The translations under genes and the position numbers were made by a program. From contig JAGWLG010000001.1 in the NCBI GenBank assembly GCA_028864975.1, forward strand, positions 154,980 to 218,979: a DNA stretch of 64,000 nucleotides, given 5' to 3'. This DNA is from Thermoplasmata archaeon. Lineage in GTDB: Archaea; Thermoplasmatota; Thermoplasmata; Lutacidiplasmatales; UBA184. Below, in pieces: positions 52,092 through 61,919 of this stretch. The first letter of the stretch is position 1. Each line of letters opens with the position of its first letter. The notes under the pieces were generated by a model that saw nothing but the letters and a program-made list of their open reading frames with translations, was not told the origin of the DNA and did not search any database.

Positions 52092-54227
52092 ATGGCGACC
52101 GACCCTGTCTGTGGGATGTTCGTCGACGAGAGGTCCGCCGAGCTCAAGCTGGTCAGGGAGAATCGCACCTATTACTTCTGCAACACCTCCTGTCTCCAGA
52201 CCTTCTCGGCGCCCGAGAAAGTGCTCCACGACCTTCGACGGAAGCTTAGCGTCGGCTGGCCTTTAGCGGCTGCCACCTTGATCCTGACCTACTTCTGGAA
52301 CATCCCGAAGTGGCCTTTCGCTGCGTTCCTCCTGGCGTCGGTCGTCCAGGTCTACGTCGCCCAGTCCTTCTACCGCGGCACGTGGGACGCGATCAAGAGC
52401 CACATCGCGAACATGGACGTCCTGATCGCCGTGGGCACGACGGTCGCGTATCTCTATAGCGTGGCCGCTCTCTTCCTCCCCTCACGCCTCCCGCAGGTCT
52501 TCTATTTCGACGCATCCGCTGTCATCGTCACGGCTATCCTCACCGGCAGCTACCTAGAGCACCTCACCCGGGAGAAGGCCCGGGGGGCCCTCCGTGAGCT
52601 CCAGGCGCTGCTCCCCTCGACCGCCCTGGTCATCCGCGCAGGGAGGGAGACCGAGGTCCCTGTGGCCGAGATTCAAGTGGGTGACCGGTTCGTAGTCAAG
52701 CCCGGGGGCAGGATTCCTGCGGACGGGACCGTCCGTGAGGGGAGGTCCTCCACCGACGAAGCCCTTGTGACCGGGGAGAGCCTGCCGGTGGACAAACAGC
52801 CCGGGTCGACCATCATCGCAGGGACGATCAATGGCGAGGGCCGTCTCATCGCGGAGGCTACGAAGGTGGGGGAGGACACCGTGCTCTCCCAGATCGGGAC
52901 CCTGCTGGCCGAAGCTGAGACCAGCAAGGTTCCCATGCAGCAACTGGCGGACCGGATCGCCTCGATCTTCACTCCCGTCGTCTTGGGCATCGCCTTGGCC
53001 GCCGGCGCGGGATGGTTCCTCTTCGGCGGAGCGCCATTCAACATTTCGCTCCTGATCTTTGTGACCGTGGCGATCACGGCCTGTCCTTGTGCCTTCGGTC
53101 TCGCGACCCCGGCGGCCATCATCTCAGGGACGGGTCGGGCCGCGAAGGACGGAGTCCTGTTCAAGGGACGCGACTCCATCGAGAAGGCCGCGGTGGTCGA
53201 CATCGTGATGACGGACAAGACCGGCACGCTTACAGAGGGCAAGCCCAAGCTCACCGACCTTGTCCCCCTCGGGAGGACCACAGAGCGGGAGCTCCTCTCC
53301 CTGGCCGTCGCCCTCGAGTCGGCGAGCGAGCATCCGCTCGCACGTGCGGTCGTGAGACGGGCCAAGGAAGAAGGGGTCTCGCCACCGAAGGTCATGGACT
53401 TCCTTTCGCAGCCAGGTGTGGGGCTGCAGGGGACCATAGATGGTCGGAAGGTCTCGATCGTCACGGGTCAGTCACTGTCGCCCCCGACACTCGGGCTCCC
53501 CGACCTCGCTACCAAGATCGAGGGGATGACCCAAGAGGGAAAGGCGTGCTCGGTACTCCTCGTGGATGGGCAGCCGGCCGGTCTCTTGGGATTCTTCGAC
53601 GCTCCTGCCTCCGGTGTGCGAGAGGCCGTTGCCTCCCTGAAGCAGGACGGCGTCGAGGTGATCATGCTCACCGGCGACAACGAACGGGCCGCTCGGCAGG
53701 TCGCCTCCCGCGTGGGGATCCGGGAGGTCCGAGCCTCGCTCAAGCCCGCCCAGAAAATGGAGATCCTCAAGGCTCAGCAGGCCGTCGGGAAGCATGTGGC
53801 CTACGTGGGGGACGGGATCAACGACGCGCCCTCGCTCATGGCGGCGGACGTCGGGATCGCCATCGGAGCAGGGGCCGACGTGGCCCGTGAGGCAGGGGGG
53901 GTCATCCTGATGCGCTCGGACTTCAGCAGCGTGGCCCTTTCGCTTCGTATCGCGCGACGTACGGTCCGAAAGGTGCGGTTGAACCTGTTCTGGGCCCTGG
54001 GATACAATTCTGTGCTCCTTCCCGTGGCTGCGGGGCTGCTCGTCCCTTTCCTGACCTTCACCGCGTACGACTATCTCCCGTTGGTGGGCGCGGCCGCGAT
54101 GGGACTCTCCTCCACGAGCGTGCTTCTCAATTCCTTCTCGCTTCGGTGGGTGCACGTGGGAGACTCGCAGGCAGCACGCCTCGCCTCCCCATCGCTTTCG
54201 GTGGCGAAGCCCAACGCGTCAGCCTGA
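52092..54227 (+). CDS. copA: Cu(I)-translocating P1B-type ATPase with N-terminal YHS/TRASH domain
   Basis: DPVCGM..YYFC..SC, TGES, CPC, DKTGT, SEHP, GDGIND, YN, MGLSS. Confidence 0.95.
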   Translation: MATDPVCGMFVDERSAELKLVRENRTYYFCNTSCLQTFSAPEKVLHDLRRKLSVGWPLAAATLILTYFWNIPKWPFAAFLLASVVQVYVAQSFYRGTWDAIKSHIANMDVLIAVGTTVAYLYSVAALFLPSRLPQVFYFDASAVIVTAILTGSYLEHLTREKARGALRELQALLPSTALVIRAGRETEVPVAEIQVGDRFVVKPGGRIPADGTVREGRSSTDEALVTGESLPVDKQPGSTIIAGTINGEGRLIAEATKVGEDTVLSQIGTLLAEAETSKVPMQQLADRIASIFTPVVLGIALAAGAGWFLFGGAPFNISLLIFVTVAITACPCAFGLATPAAIISGTGRAAKDGVLFKGRDSIEKAAVVDIVMTDKTGTLTEGKPKLTDLVPLGRTTERELLSLAVALESASEHPLARAVVRRAKEEGVSPPKVMDFLSQPGVGLQGTIDGRKVSIVTGQSLSPPTLGLPDLATKIEGMTQEGKACSVLLVDGQPAGLLGFFDAPASGVREAVASLKQDGVEVIMLTGDNERAARQVASRVGIREVRASLKPAQKMEILKAQQAVGKHVAYVGDGINDAPSLMAADVGIAIGAGADVAREAGGVILMRSDFSSVALSLRIARRTVRKVRLNLFWALGYNSVLLPVAAGLLVPFLTFTAYDYLPLVGAAAMGLSSTSVLLNSFSLRWVHVGDSQAARLASPSLSVAKPNASA

Positions 54228-54229
54228 GG

Positions 54230-55156
54230 TCACCGCCGCAGGCTTCGACGATAGGTCAGGCAACCTCGCATCTTGGACAGGCCCCGAGCGGTCAACACGA
54301 GGGACGCCACGCCCAAGGGAAAGGCCACCAACAGCAGGGGGGTCTGGTACGCAGACCACCCCAATAGGAGCCCGGAGACCGCGGTGCCCTCGAGTGCATT
54401 CACCAAGAGAATCGTACCGCAGGACGGACACCCCACCAGAAAGGCACTGAAAGCGCCCGCGAGCGCAACCGGGCGCTGTCTCCACCCTCCAAGGCGCGCG
54501 CGGATCGATTCAATGGCCAGGGTGACGTTCAAGGAGAAGAGGAGGACGCCGGCGTACGCCAGCAGTAGCGTTAGTGGATTTAGGCTAATCTGGAGGTACG
54601 GGTCGACCGCGACCACGAGACCCGGCGTGATTCCCACAGGACCACAGCAGAGGAACTCCGTCACTGACGGGAACCCGGTGGCTCGTACGTCTCCGTGCAG
54701 GGCCACCCCAACGAGCCCTGTCAGGGTGACGAAAAGGGCCGCATAGGCCACCGAGGAGACCAGGAGGACCTTCCGATTCCGCTTGGCCACGAGAGCTTGT
54801 GCCAAGGCCTTGACCCACTCGATGCGTCCCGCACTGGGGGGTTGGACCGACCAGGCTCGGACGAGCAATACGAGGCCTGCGGTGAAGAGGGTGACGCTCC
54901 CCAGGACTCCGAGGTAGTCCAGAACGGCGGCCATCCTCCAGTCCGCGACACTAGCCGCTGTCGAAGGAAGCGCGTTCGCCCAGTTGCCGGGGTAGGCTAG
55001 CAGAGGCACAAGACCTGCGGCGCCTGCGACGAAGAAGGCCCAGCCCCGTCCCATCGACAGCGAGTCCCCCTCCGGCTTGGGCTCTCCCATCTTTGGCCTC
55101 GAGGCCCAAGGGGCCATGAGCCCATCGGGCGCTGCTCGCGGCCCAACGCGAGCCAT
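54230..55156 (-). CDS. hypothetical membrane protein with CC and CxxC motifs (start uncertain)
   Basis: About 6 TM; FLCCGP, VGCPSCG. Confidence 0.7.
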   Translation of the reverse strand: MARVGPRAAPDGLMAPWASRPKMGEPKPEGDSLSMGRGWAFFVAGAAGLVPLLAYPGNWANALPSTAASVADWRMAAVLDYLGVLGSVTLFTAGLVLLVRAWSVQPPSAGRIEWVKALAQALVAKRNRKVLLVSSVAYAALFVTLTGLVGVALHGDVRATGFPSVTEFLCCGPVGITPGLVVAVDPYLQISLNPLTLLLAYAGVLLFSLNVTLAIESIRARLGGWRQRPVALAGAFSAFLVGCPSCGTILLVNALEGTAVSGLLLGWSAYQTPLLLVAFPLGVASLVLTARGLSKMRGCLTYRRSLRR

Positions 55157-55168
55157 CGGGAGTCGAAG

Positions 55169-55274
55169 CGCCCGTGCTGGGATTTGAACCCAGGTCTGAG
55201 ACTCCGCAGGCCTCTAGGATATCCAGTGTAGCAGGAAAGGGAACGGCCCCTCCCCGTAGCTACCCCACACGGGC
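55169..55274 (-). tRNA. tRNA-Arg(GCG) with a 32-nt intron in the D-loop (55226-55257)
   Basis: Acceptor GCCCGTG/CACGGGC, anticodon arm GAGGC-CTGCGGA-GTCTC, T-arm CTGGG-TTCAAAT-CCCAG; removing the insert gives a canonical 74-nt tRNA. Confidence 0.92.
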
Positions 55275-55325
55275 GTGTCCTCGCTCTTCTCCTCCGAGAT
55301 GGGGGCGGGGGACCTTCTCGGGATA

Positions 55326-57380
55326 TTAAGCCCCCGGGGAGGGCCGCAGCTCGCCATCGCGCGCTCGCGGAGACGGCCACGTATCGAGCAGATGGTCGCT
55401 CCTCTTCTCCAGCTCTGCGATTCCCGACTGCAACCGGTCCTCCTCCGCGAGGAGCTCGACCAACCGTTGCTCGAGCGCTTGCAGCTGCTCGGTATACTTG
55501 GTCTGGAGCGCCTTGTTCTGGGTGGCCATCACGGTCGAGAGGTTGACGCGCACCCGGTTCTGCTCCGTGTTGAGCGTGTTGCGGGTCTGCTGAAGCTTCT
55601 GGACCGAGCGCTCGAGCCGTGCCTTCTCCTTGTGCACCTCGATGAGCTGTTTCAGGTGCTCCAAGGTCGGACCCTGGAGCGTCCCCTCCGCCACCGTCGC
55701 CTCCATGAGCGGGACCGTCATCGAAGCGGTGGCTTGGATGGCCGAGTCCAAGCGCTCCTCGATGACGATGAGCTTCGATTTGCTCTTGGCCTTCATGTCC
55801 AGCCGGAAACGCCGGAGGTCGGAGGTCTCCTCCTCGGGGCGGGGAGTTTCTAGGAGCTCCCATCCCGTCGCTCGCGGATGCTCGATCACCAACGCGACCT
55901 CCTCGGTCTTCCGGTTGTCGATCGTGTACGTGGTCCGCGTACGCCGCTTCGTTTCCCGTCGCGCGTAGACGCGGTCGATCACGAGACCCACGGTCTTCTC
56001 GCTGGTCTCCTTTTCTTCGGCCACTTGGACCCCCAGGTCGACCGCGAAGGCGACCTTGGTCTCCCCCTCCCGCGGGGTGTAAGGGAGGATGCCCTCCCCG
56101 GAGTACGTGCCCTCCTCCAGCACCACGACGGGTCCCCGCTCCAGGACCCCCTGGGCGTTCTTCCACCGGAGCACCGCGATGGGGTTTCCCGGGACCTTCT
56201 CTCCGTTGTAGACGAGTTCTCGCTTCACCTGGATCTCGGTCTGAACGATCGGTACCATCGCAGATTGACCGCGAAGGACCGTGATGGGGCGCGCGACGTC
56301 GTAACGGAAGAACTCCCCACCTTCGACCTGGCGGGTCTCGACCCTGGCGCCGGAGACCGGTGGTGGGGGAGGAGGAGGAGCGGCACCCCAACCCTCGGCC
56401 TCCATCTTGGTCGCCATGGCTCGCGATCTAGGCGCCATGGCCGCGGCGGGGGCCGCATGCACCGCGAACGCCCTTCCTCCGCCGGCCACATCTCCGGTGG
56501 GAGTGGTCGTTTCTTCGATCAGCGTGTCCACCTCCGTTTCGGGGGCCGGTTCGAGCTCCACGGGCGTGTCAAGAGCACGCACCTCCTCCCTCACGACCGG
56601 GCGCGAGACCGTTCTAGGCACGTACACGTCGTAGACGAAGGAGATCGGCTTGCCCGCCACGAGGCTCACCGAGACGTCCTTGAGGTCCTCCTCGAGCCAG
56701 TTGTCGACGACCCCCCAAGCCTGGATCCATGAGGTCGTCGGCCCGTGGTCGACGCGGTAGGTAACGCGCCAACTGGGGGCCGAGGTCAAGTACGCCACGC
56801 TCAGGTCGTGCCGCTCGCCCTCGAGGTAGACCGTGAGGTGCCGGCGGTCGCTCTTGCGCTCGCCCGAGATCAAACGAAGGAAGTACTGGAGGTCCTCGGA
56901 AGCAGGGGGGTCGAGGATTTCGACATGGACGAGCTCTCGCAGCGGGACTGGGAGGAGCGGGCCGCCCTCGCTCCGCACCAAGACCTTGGGATTGGGGACC
57001 GTGACCTCGCCCGCTCCCATCACTTCCGTCTCGTCGGTGCCAACGACCTCCCCCTCGACTTCGTTCGCCGTGGTCTTCAGGCGAACGCGATATCCGGGCA
57101 GCTTGCGCAGGAGGCCGACCAGGGCCTCCTTCTCCGGTGGCACCAGGGCCTTCTTCTCGAGCTTCTGCTGGACGTCCTCCGCCCCGTCGTAGGAGACCCC
57201 GGTGACGGCCCCGCCGGCGCGGTCCACCACGAGGAGCGACTTCAGGACGTCGTCCATGTCCTCCCGACGGAACTCGAGCTCCACCTTCGAGCCCTGAGCC
57301 GGTCCGGAACGTTCCACGTAGCCGACGCCATGCTTGTAGAGGACAACCCTTCGCACGGGGAGGATCTCGGTCATGTGCAT
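55326..57380 (-). CDS. DUF4139-like protein with C-terminal coiled coil
   Basis: LPVRRVVLYKHGVGY, DDVLKSL, AYLTSAPSWRVTYR, WGVVDNWLEED. Confidence 0.75.
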   Translation of the reverse strand: MHMTEILPVRRVVLYKHGVGYVERSGPAQGSKVELEFRREDMDDVLKSLLVVDRAGGAVTGVSYDGAEDVQQKLEKKALVPPEKEALVGLLRKLPGYRVRLKTTANEVEGEVVGTDETEVMGAGEVTVPNPKVLVRSEGGPLLPVPLRELVHVEILDPPASEDLQYFLRLISGERKSDRRHLTVYLEGERHDLSVAYLTSAPSWRVTYRVDHGPTTSWIQAWGVVDNWLEEDLKDVSVSLVAGKPISFVYDVYVPRTVSRPVVREEVRALDTPVELEPAPETEVDTLIEETTTPTGDVAGGGRAFAVHAAPAAAMAPRSRAMATKMEAEGWGAAPPPPPPPVSGARVETRQVEGGEFFRYDVARPITVLRGQSAMVPIVQTEIQVKRELVYNGEKVPGNPIAVLRWKNAQGVLERGPVVVLEEGTYSGEGILPYTPREGETKVAFAVDLGVQVAEEKETSEKTVGLVIDRVYARRETKRRTRTTYTIDNRKTEEVALVIEHPRATGWELLETPRPEEETSDLRRFRLDMKAKSKSKLIVIEERLDSAIQATASMTVPLMEATVAEGTLQGPTLEHLKQLIEVHKEKARLERSVQKLQQTRNTLNTEQNRVRVNLSTVMATQNKALQTKYTEQLQALEQRLVELLAEEDRLQSGIAELEKRSDHLLDTWPSPRARDGELRPSPGA

Positions 57381-57479
57381 GCCCACCGTCGTGCCTGACC
57401 GAGGAGGTCCGAGATAAGCGTGGTGGCGGATGCTGAATGCCGTCCCTGCGCTTTATAGCGGGCGAACCTCCCCGGGCGC

Positions 57480-57926
57480 GTGGCCCGAAAGGACCCGTAC
57501 CGTCTCTACCTGGAGATGCCCGAGGACGAGCTTGAGCGACAGGTCGCGCTGCTCTACGAGGGGGGCCTCCTCGAGCTCCAAGAGCGGATGCATCCGGGCT
57601 CGACCTTGCGGCCGACCGGTCCAGGCATCCACATCCAAGGCGCTAGCGGACAGCGCCCCGTGCCCGGACAGGGAGAGACTCCCGCCGAGCTCGCCGCCCA
57701 CGGTCGGAAGGTCATGACGGCCATGATGGCACCGGTCCGGCCCATGATCTGCCGCGAGGTCCGAGCTCATCCTGACGATTTCCAGGCGCCGTCCTCGGGG
57801 CTGCCCCACATCCTGGACTGCCTGACACGGGTGAGGCCACCGGACGACCTGTTCGTCGCCGCGGCGTGCCTCCTCTGGAGATCTGGGCTCCGCGAGTGGT
57901 GTGCGGGAGCGGAGGCTGAAGCATGA
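57480..57926 (+). CDS. hypothetical protein
   Basis: ATGA overlap with the gatD start. Confidence 0.6.
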   Translation: MARKDPYRLYLEMPEDELERQVALLYEGGLLELQERMHPGSTLRPTGPGIHIQGASGQRPVPGQGETPAELAAHGRKVMTAMMAPVRPMICREVRAHPDDFQAPSSGLPHILDCLTRVRPPDDLFVAAACLLWRSGLREWCAGAEAEA

Positions 57927-59290
57927 GCCCCGAAGGGGACCGCCCTGCGACGGACCCGTTCGAGGCGCTTCGAGCCCTGCCCCTCGGGACGCACGTTGCT
58001 CTTCTCGCGCCCGACGGACACCGGGTCGAAGGGTGGCTGCTCCCCCCCGACTCCCTCTCCTCTCCTCGAGTGGTGAAGCTCAAGGTCGCTTCAGGCTACA
58101 ACCTTGGGATCAGGATCGACCCCCGCTCCACCTTCGAGCTCCTCCCCGGTCCCCCTTGGGGGGAAGAACGGACCGGCCCCTCTCCAGCGCCTCCTTCCTC
58201 TCCCGGGACGGCAAGAGGATCGCCTTCCCCCGGCACCGTCGCCCTTCTCACCACGGGCGGGACCATCGCGTCCAAGATCGACTACGTGACCGGAGGGGTC
58301 CACCCGGTCAAGGACCCGCAGAATCTCGAGTCGCTCTATCCTGGGATCGGTCAGGGTGGCGCGCTCGAGGTGCGCGCCGTGGCGGAGATCCTGAGCGAGG
58401 ACATGTCCCCCGAGGTCTGGTCCCTTCTCGCGAAGGAGGTCGTCCAAGAGTTCCAACACGGCGTCCGTGGGGTGGTGGTCGCCCAGGGGACCGACACGCT
58501 CGCGTACACCTCCGCGGCCCTGGCGTTCGCCCTCCGCGACCTCCCGGGTCCGGTCGTCCTCGTCGGTGCCCAACGCTCGATCGACCGCCCCTCCTCCGAC
58601 GGGGTCGCGAACATCATCGGCGCGGTCCGGGTCGCTCGGGAGGCGGACCTGGGGGAGGTGGTCGTGGTGATGCACGCCGGCCCTTCGGACGATGTGCTCG
58701 CGATCCACCGCGGGACCCGCGTTCGAAAGATGCACTCGACGCGGCGCGACGCTTTCCACACGCTCAACGGGCCCCCCCTGGGCCGGGTCGACGCGAAGGG
58801 CATCCATCTCCACCCCTCTCATCACCACCGGCACGCGGGTCCGGCCCGCGCCGAGCCGGAGTTCGGGAAGGAAGGAACCCTTCTCTGGTTCCACCCCGGT
58901 CTCAGCCCCGAAGATGCTGAGGCTCAGGTGGCCCGCTCCCGGGGGGTCATCGTTGCGGGGACTGGGATGGGCCATGTCGCCACGATACACCTTCCCTGGA
59001 TCCAGCGCGCAACGGAGCGGGGGGTGGTCGTCGGCATGACGACCCAGTGCCAGGAGGGTGAAGTGGACCCGTTCGTCTACTCACGTGGACGCGAACTGCT
59101 CAGGGCAGGAGTGGCCTACCTCGGCGACATCTCTCCCGAGACGGCCTACGTCAAGCTGCTTTGGGCCCTAGGTCGATCCAGGGACCCTGCGGCGGTACGG
59201 GAGCTCTTGCTCCGCGAGGTTGCCGGGGAGTACGCCGCGACCCGGGGGCTCCTCCTCGAGGGCGACGCTGCGCCCAAGGGGTCACCATGA
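57923..59290 (+). CDS. gatD: glutamyl-tRNA(Gln) amidotransferase subunit D
   Basis: KVASGYNLG N-domain; TGGTIASKIDYVTG, QGTDTL, GAQRSIDRPSSD, RKMHSTRRDAF. Confidence 0.96.
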   Translation: MSPEGDRPATDPFEALRALPLGTHVALLAPDGHRVEGWLLPPDSLSSPRVVKLKVASGYNLGIRIDPRSTFELLPGPPWGEERTGPSPAPPSSPGTARGSPSPGTVALLTTGGTIASKIDYVTGGVHPVKDPQNLESLYPGIGQGGALEVRAVAEILSEDMSPEVWSLLAKEVVQEFQHGVRGVVVAQGTDTLAYTSAALAFALRDLPGPVVLVGAQRSIDRPSSDGVANIIGAVRVAREADLGEVVVVMHAGPSDDVLAIHRGTRVRKMHSTRRDAFHTLNGPPLGRVDAKGIHLHPSHHHRHAGPARAEPEFGKEGTLLWFHPGLSPEDAEAQVARSRGVIVAGTGMGHVATIHLPWIQRATERGVVVGMTTQCQEGEVDPFVYSRGRELLRAGVAYLGDISPETAYVKLLWALGRSRDPAAVRELLLREVAGEYAATRGLLLEGDAAPKGSP

Positions 59291-61182
59291 AGGCGGGGCT
59301 CGAGATCCATCAGCAGCTCGCCACGGGGAAGCTCTTCTGCGCGTGCGCGAGCGAGCTCTCGGAGGAGACCCGCGGGCAGTTCCTCCGCCGGCTGCATGCG
59401 GTCGCGGGAGAGACGGGAGCGGCGGACCGGGCGGCCCAGGCCCAGAGCGGGAGGGCCCTTCTTTACCGTTACGAAGTCTCCCCCCACTCCTGCCTTGTCG
59501 AGGCGGACGAGGAGCCTCCCCACGCGCTCAACGTCCGAGCGCTGGAGGTGGCGCTGACGATGACCGAGCTCCTCGGGGCCCAGGTGGTCGACGAGGTCCA
59601 GGTGATGAGGAAGACCGTCGTGGACGGGTCCAACACGAGCGGGTTCCAACGGACGGCCCTGGTCGCCACCGGAGGGGCCATCAAGGTGGGAGAGCGGTCC
59701 TACCCCATCCTTTCGATATGCCTCGAGGAGGATGCGGCCCGCAAGGTCGGAGAGTCCCAGGGCGAGGTCCGTTACCGCCTCGACCGGCTGGGCATCCCTC
59801 TCCTCGAGATCGCCACTGGGCCCGAGATCACCTCTGGGACCGAGGCCCGGGAGGTGGCGGAAGCGCTGGGCAGGCTCTTGCGTGCGACTCGACGGGTCAA
59901 ACGGGGCATCGGAACGATCCGGGAGGACCTCAACGTCAGCACGGACGGGGGGGCCCGGGTCGAGATCAAGGGGGTCCAGGAGCTTCGCTACGTCCCGCAG
60001 TTCGTCGAGAACGAAGTGGAGAGACAGAAGCTCCTTCTCCGGGTCCGGGACGAGCTCGTGGGGCGCGGGGCCCGGGTACCCGAGGACGCACCTCGGGACC
60101 TCACCGACGTGTTCCGGGCCTCTACATCGAAGGTGGTCAAGGAGACCCTCGCGAAAGGGGGCCAGGTCCTGGCGCTCCCGCTGCCCGGGTTCGGCGGCCT
60201 CCTAGGAAACGCCAAGACCGGACCGGAGCGCTTGGGTCGGGAGTTCGCGGACCACGCGCGGGCTGCGGGTGCCGGAGGCATCCTGCACTCGGACGAGCTT
60301 CCCGCCTACGGGATCACTCAAACGGAGGTCGACGCCGTACGGGCCGCCCTCGGACTCGCTTCCGCGGACCGCGACGCGTTCGTGTTGGTCGTCGCTCCGT
60401 CCGGGGCGGGGTCCAGGGCCATCGAGGCGGTCCGCGGACGGGCCGGGGAGGCCCTCCGGGGGGTCCCCGAAGAGACCCGAGACCCGGTCCTGGAGGGCAG
60501 GACCCGGTACAGTCGGCCCCTGCCCGGTCGACACCGGATGTACCCTGAGACCGATATTCCGCCGCTCCCGATCTCGCCGACGCAGATGACCCACATCCGA
60601 CGCCATCTTCCCGAGCGACCCGAGGCGACCTTCGAGCGCTTGAGCGCCAAGGAGGGCTTGGGCGCCGAGGTCGCCAAGAAGCTCCTTGACGACGGCGAGG
60701 TCGAGGTCTTCGACCTCGTGGTCAAGCGAGGGATCTCCCCGAGCCTTGCGGCCCGGACGCTCACCCAGGAGCTTCCCCCGGTCGAAGAGGCCCGTGGGAC
60801 ACCGATCGCCGAGGCGGACCATGATCGCGCAGCCCTCCTCGTCCCCATCCTCGCGGCCGTCGCCGCCGGGAAGTTTGCCAAGGAAGGGATCGGTCCGGTG
60901 CTCCGAAGGGTCTTCCAGGAGCACGAGGATCTCGAGACCGCGGTCGTAAGGGCCGGTCTCTCCGGCGCGGGGGCCATCGACCTCGAGGTCATGGCCCGAA
61001 AGGTCGTGGAGTCGAACTTGACCCTCCTGCGCGAGAAGGGCAGGATGGCCTTCCAACCGCTCATGGGGGACCTGATGGCCTCGGTGCGCGGCCAGCGGGA
61101 CGGCAAGCAGGTGGCCGAGGTGCTTCACCGAGCGGTCGAGGAGCGGCTCAAGACCCTGGCTTCGGAGACCCCAGCACCGTGA
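59287..61182 (+). CDS. gatE: glutamyl-tRNA(Gln) amidotransferase subunit E
   Basis: GLEIHQQL, EADEEPPH, MRKTVVDGSNTSGFQRT, RGIGTIREDLNVS, RMYPETDIP. Confidence 0.97.
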   Translation: MKAGLEIHQQLATGKLFCACASELSEETRGQFLRRLHAVAGETGAADRAAQAQSGRALLYRYEVSPHSCLVEADEEPPHALNVRALEVALTMTELLGAQVVDEVQVMRKTVVDGSNTSGFQRTALVATGGAIKVGERSYPILSICLEEDAARKVGESQGEVRYRLDRLGIPLLEIATGPEITSGTEAREVAEALGRLLRATRRVKRGIGTIREDLNVSTDGGARVEIKGVQELRYVPQFVENEVERQKLLLRVRDELVGRGARVPEDAPRDLTDVFRASTSKVVKETLAKGGQVLALPLPGFGGLLGNAKTGPERLGREFADHARAAGAGGILHSDELPAYGITQTEVDAVRAALGLASADRDAFVLVVAPSGAGSRAIEAVRGRAGEALRGVPEETRDPVLEGRTRYSRPLPGRHRMYPETDIPPLPISPTQMTHIRRHLPERPEATFERLSAKEGLGAEVAKKLLDDGEVEVFDLVVKRGISPSLAARTLTQELPPVEEARGTPIAEADHDRAALLVPILAAVAAGKFAKEGIGPVLRRVFQEHEDLETAVVRAGLSGAGAIDLEVMARKVVESNLTLLREKGRMAFQPLMGDLMASVRGQRDGKQVAEVLHRAVEERLKTLASETPAP

Positions 61183-61919
61183 CCCCGAGAGCGCGCGTCC
61201 CGCGAGGAAGAGCCTCGCCCGCTCTGCGCGCGGTGATCACGGATATCGATGGAACGCTCACCGACAAGGACCGAAGGATGGACCTCGACGCGGTCGCGGC
61301 CCTTTCCTTCCTCCGTCGCAAGGGGATCCCCGTCGTCTTCGCGACGGGGAACGTGCTACCGGTGGTCCTGGGCTTGCAACGCTTCCTCGGACTAGAAGGC
61401 CCGATCATCGCGGAGAACGGTGGACTGGTCTACTTCTCCGAGGACCGGGTCGTGCACCTCTCCTCCCGGGAGGTCGCGCTCAAAGCGTACGAACGAGCGC
61501 GGAGGTCGCTTCTCGTGGAACGTCTTTTCACCGACCGATGGCGGGAGACCGAAGTCGCCCTGGAGCCGACGCTTCCCGCGGAAGAGGTCGAGCGTGCGGT
61601 CCGGGGATGCGGCGTCAGAGTGGAATCGACCGGGTTCGCGATCCACCTCTTCGAGCCGACGGCGGGGAAGCTCCCCGCCGCGCGGATGGTCCTCCAGGAG
61701 CTCGGGGTCCCGCTGGAGGAATGCCTCGTCGCTGGAGATGGTGACAATGACGTCGAACTGCTCGAGGCCGCCGGTGTGGGGGTGAGCTTCCCCGACGGCT
61801 CCGCACGAGCGCGCACCCGTGCAGACTACGTCACCCGCGCGCGCCATGGCGCGGGCTTCCTAGAGGCTTTAATCGAGTTCTCGCTCCTCCCCTCAGGATG
61901 GCGTCGCGAGGGTCACTGA
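61179..61919 (+). CDS. HAD phosphatase, archaeal phosphoglycolate phosphatase type
   Basis: TDIDGTLT, ATGN, IAENGG, GDGDNDV. Confidence 0.88.
   Translation: MTPRARVPRGRASPALRAVITDIDGTLTDKDRRMDLDAVAALSFLRRKGIPVVFATGNVLPVVLGLQRFLGLEGPIIAENGGLVYFSEDRVVHLSSREVALKAYERARRSLLVERLFTDRWRETEVALEPTLPAEEVERAVRGCGVRVESTGFAIHLFEPTAGKLPAARMVLQELGVPLEECLVAGDGDNDVELLEAAGVGVSFPDGSARARTRADYVTRARHGAGFLEALIEFSLLPSGWRREGH

Noticed and set aside
55169-55274. tRNA pseudogene, or tRNA as the attachment site of an integrated element
   Set aside because: Intron removal restores a perfect cloverleaf; I saw no duplicated 3' tRNA fragment and no integrase in the window
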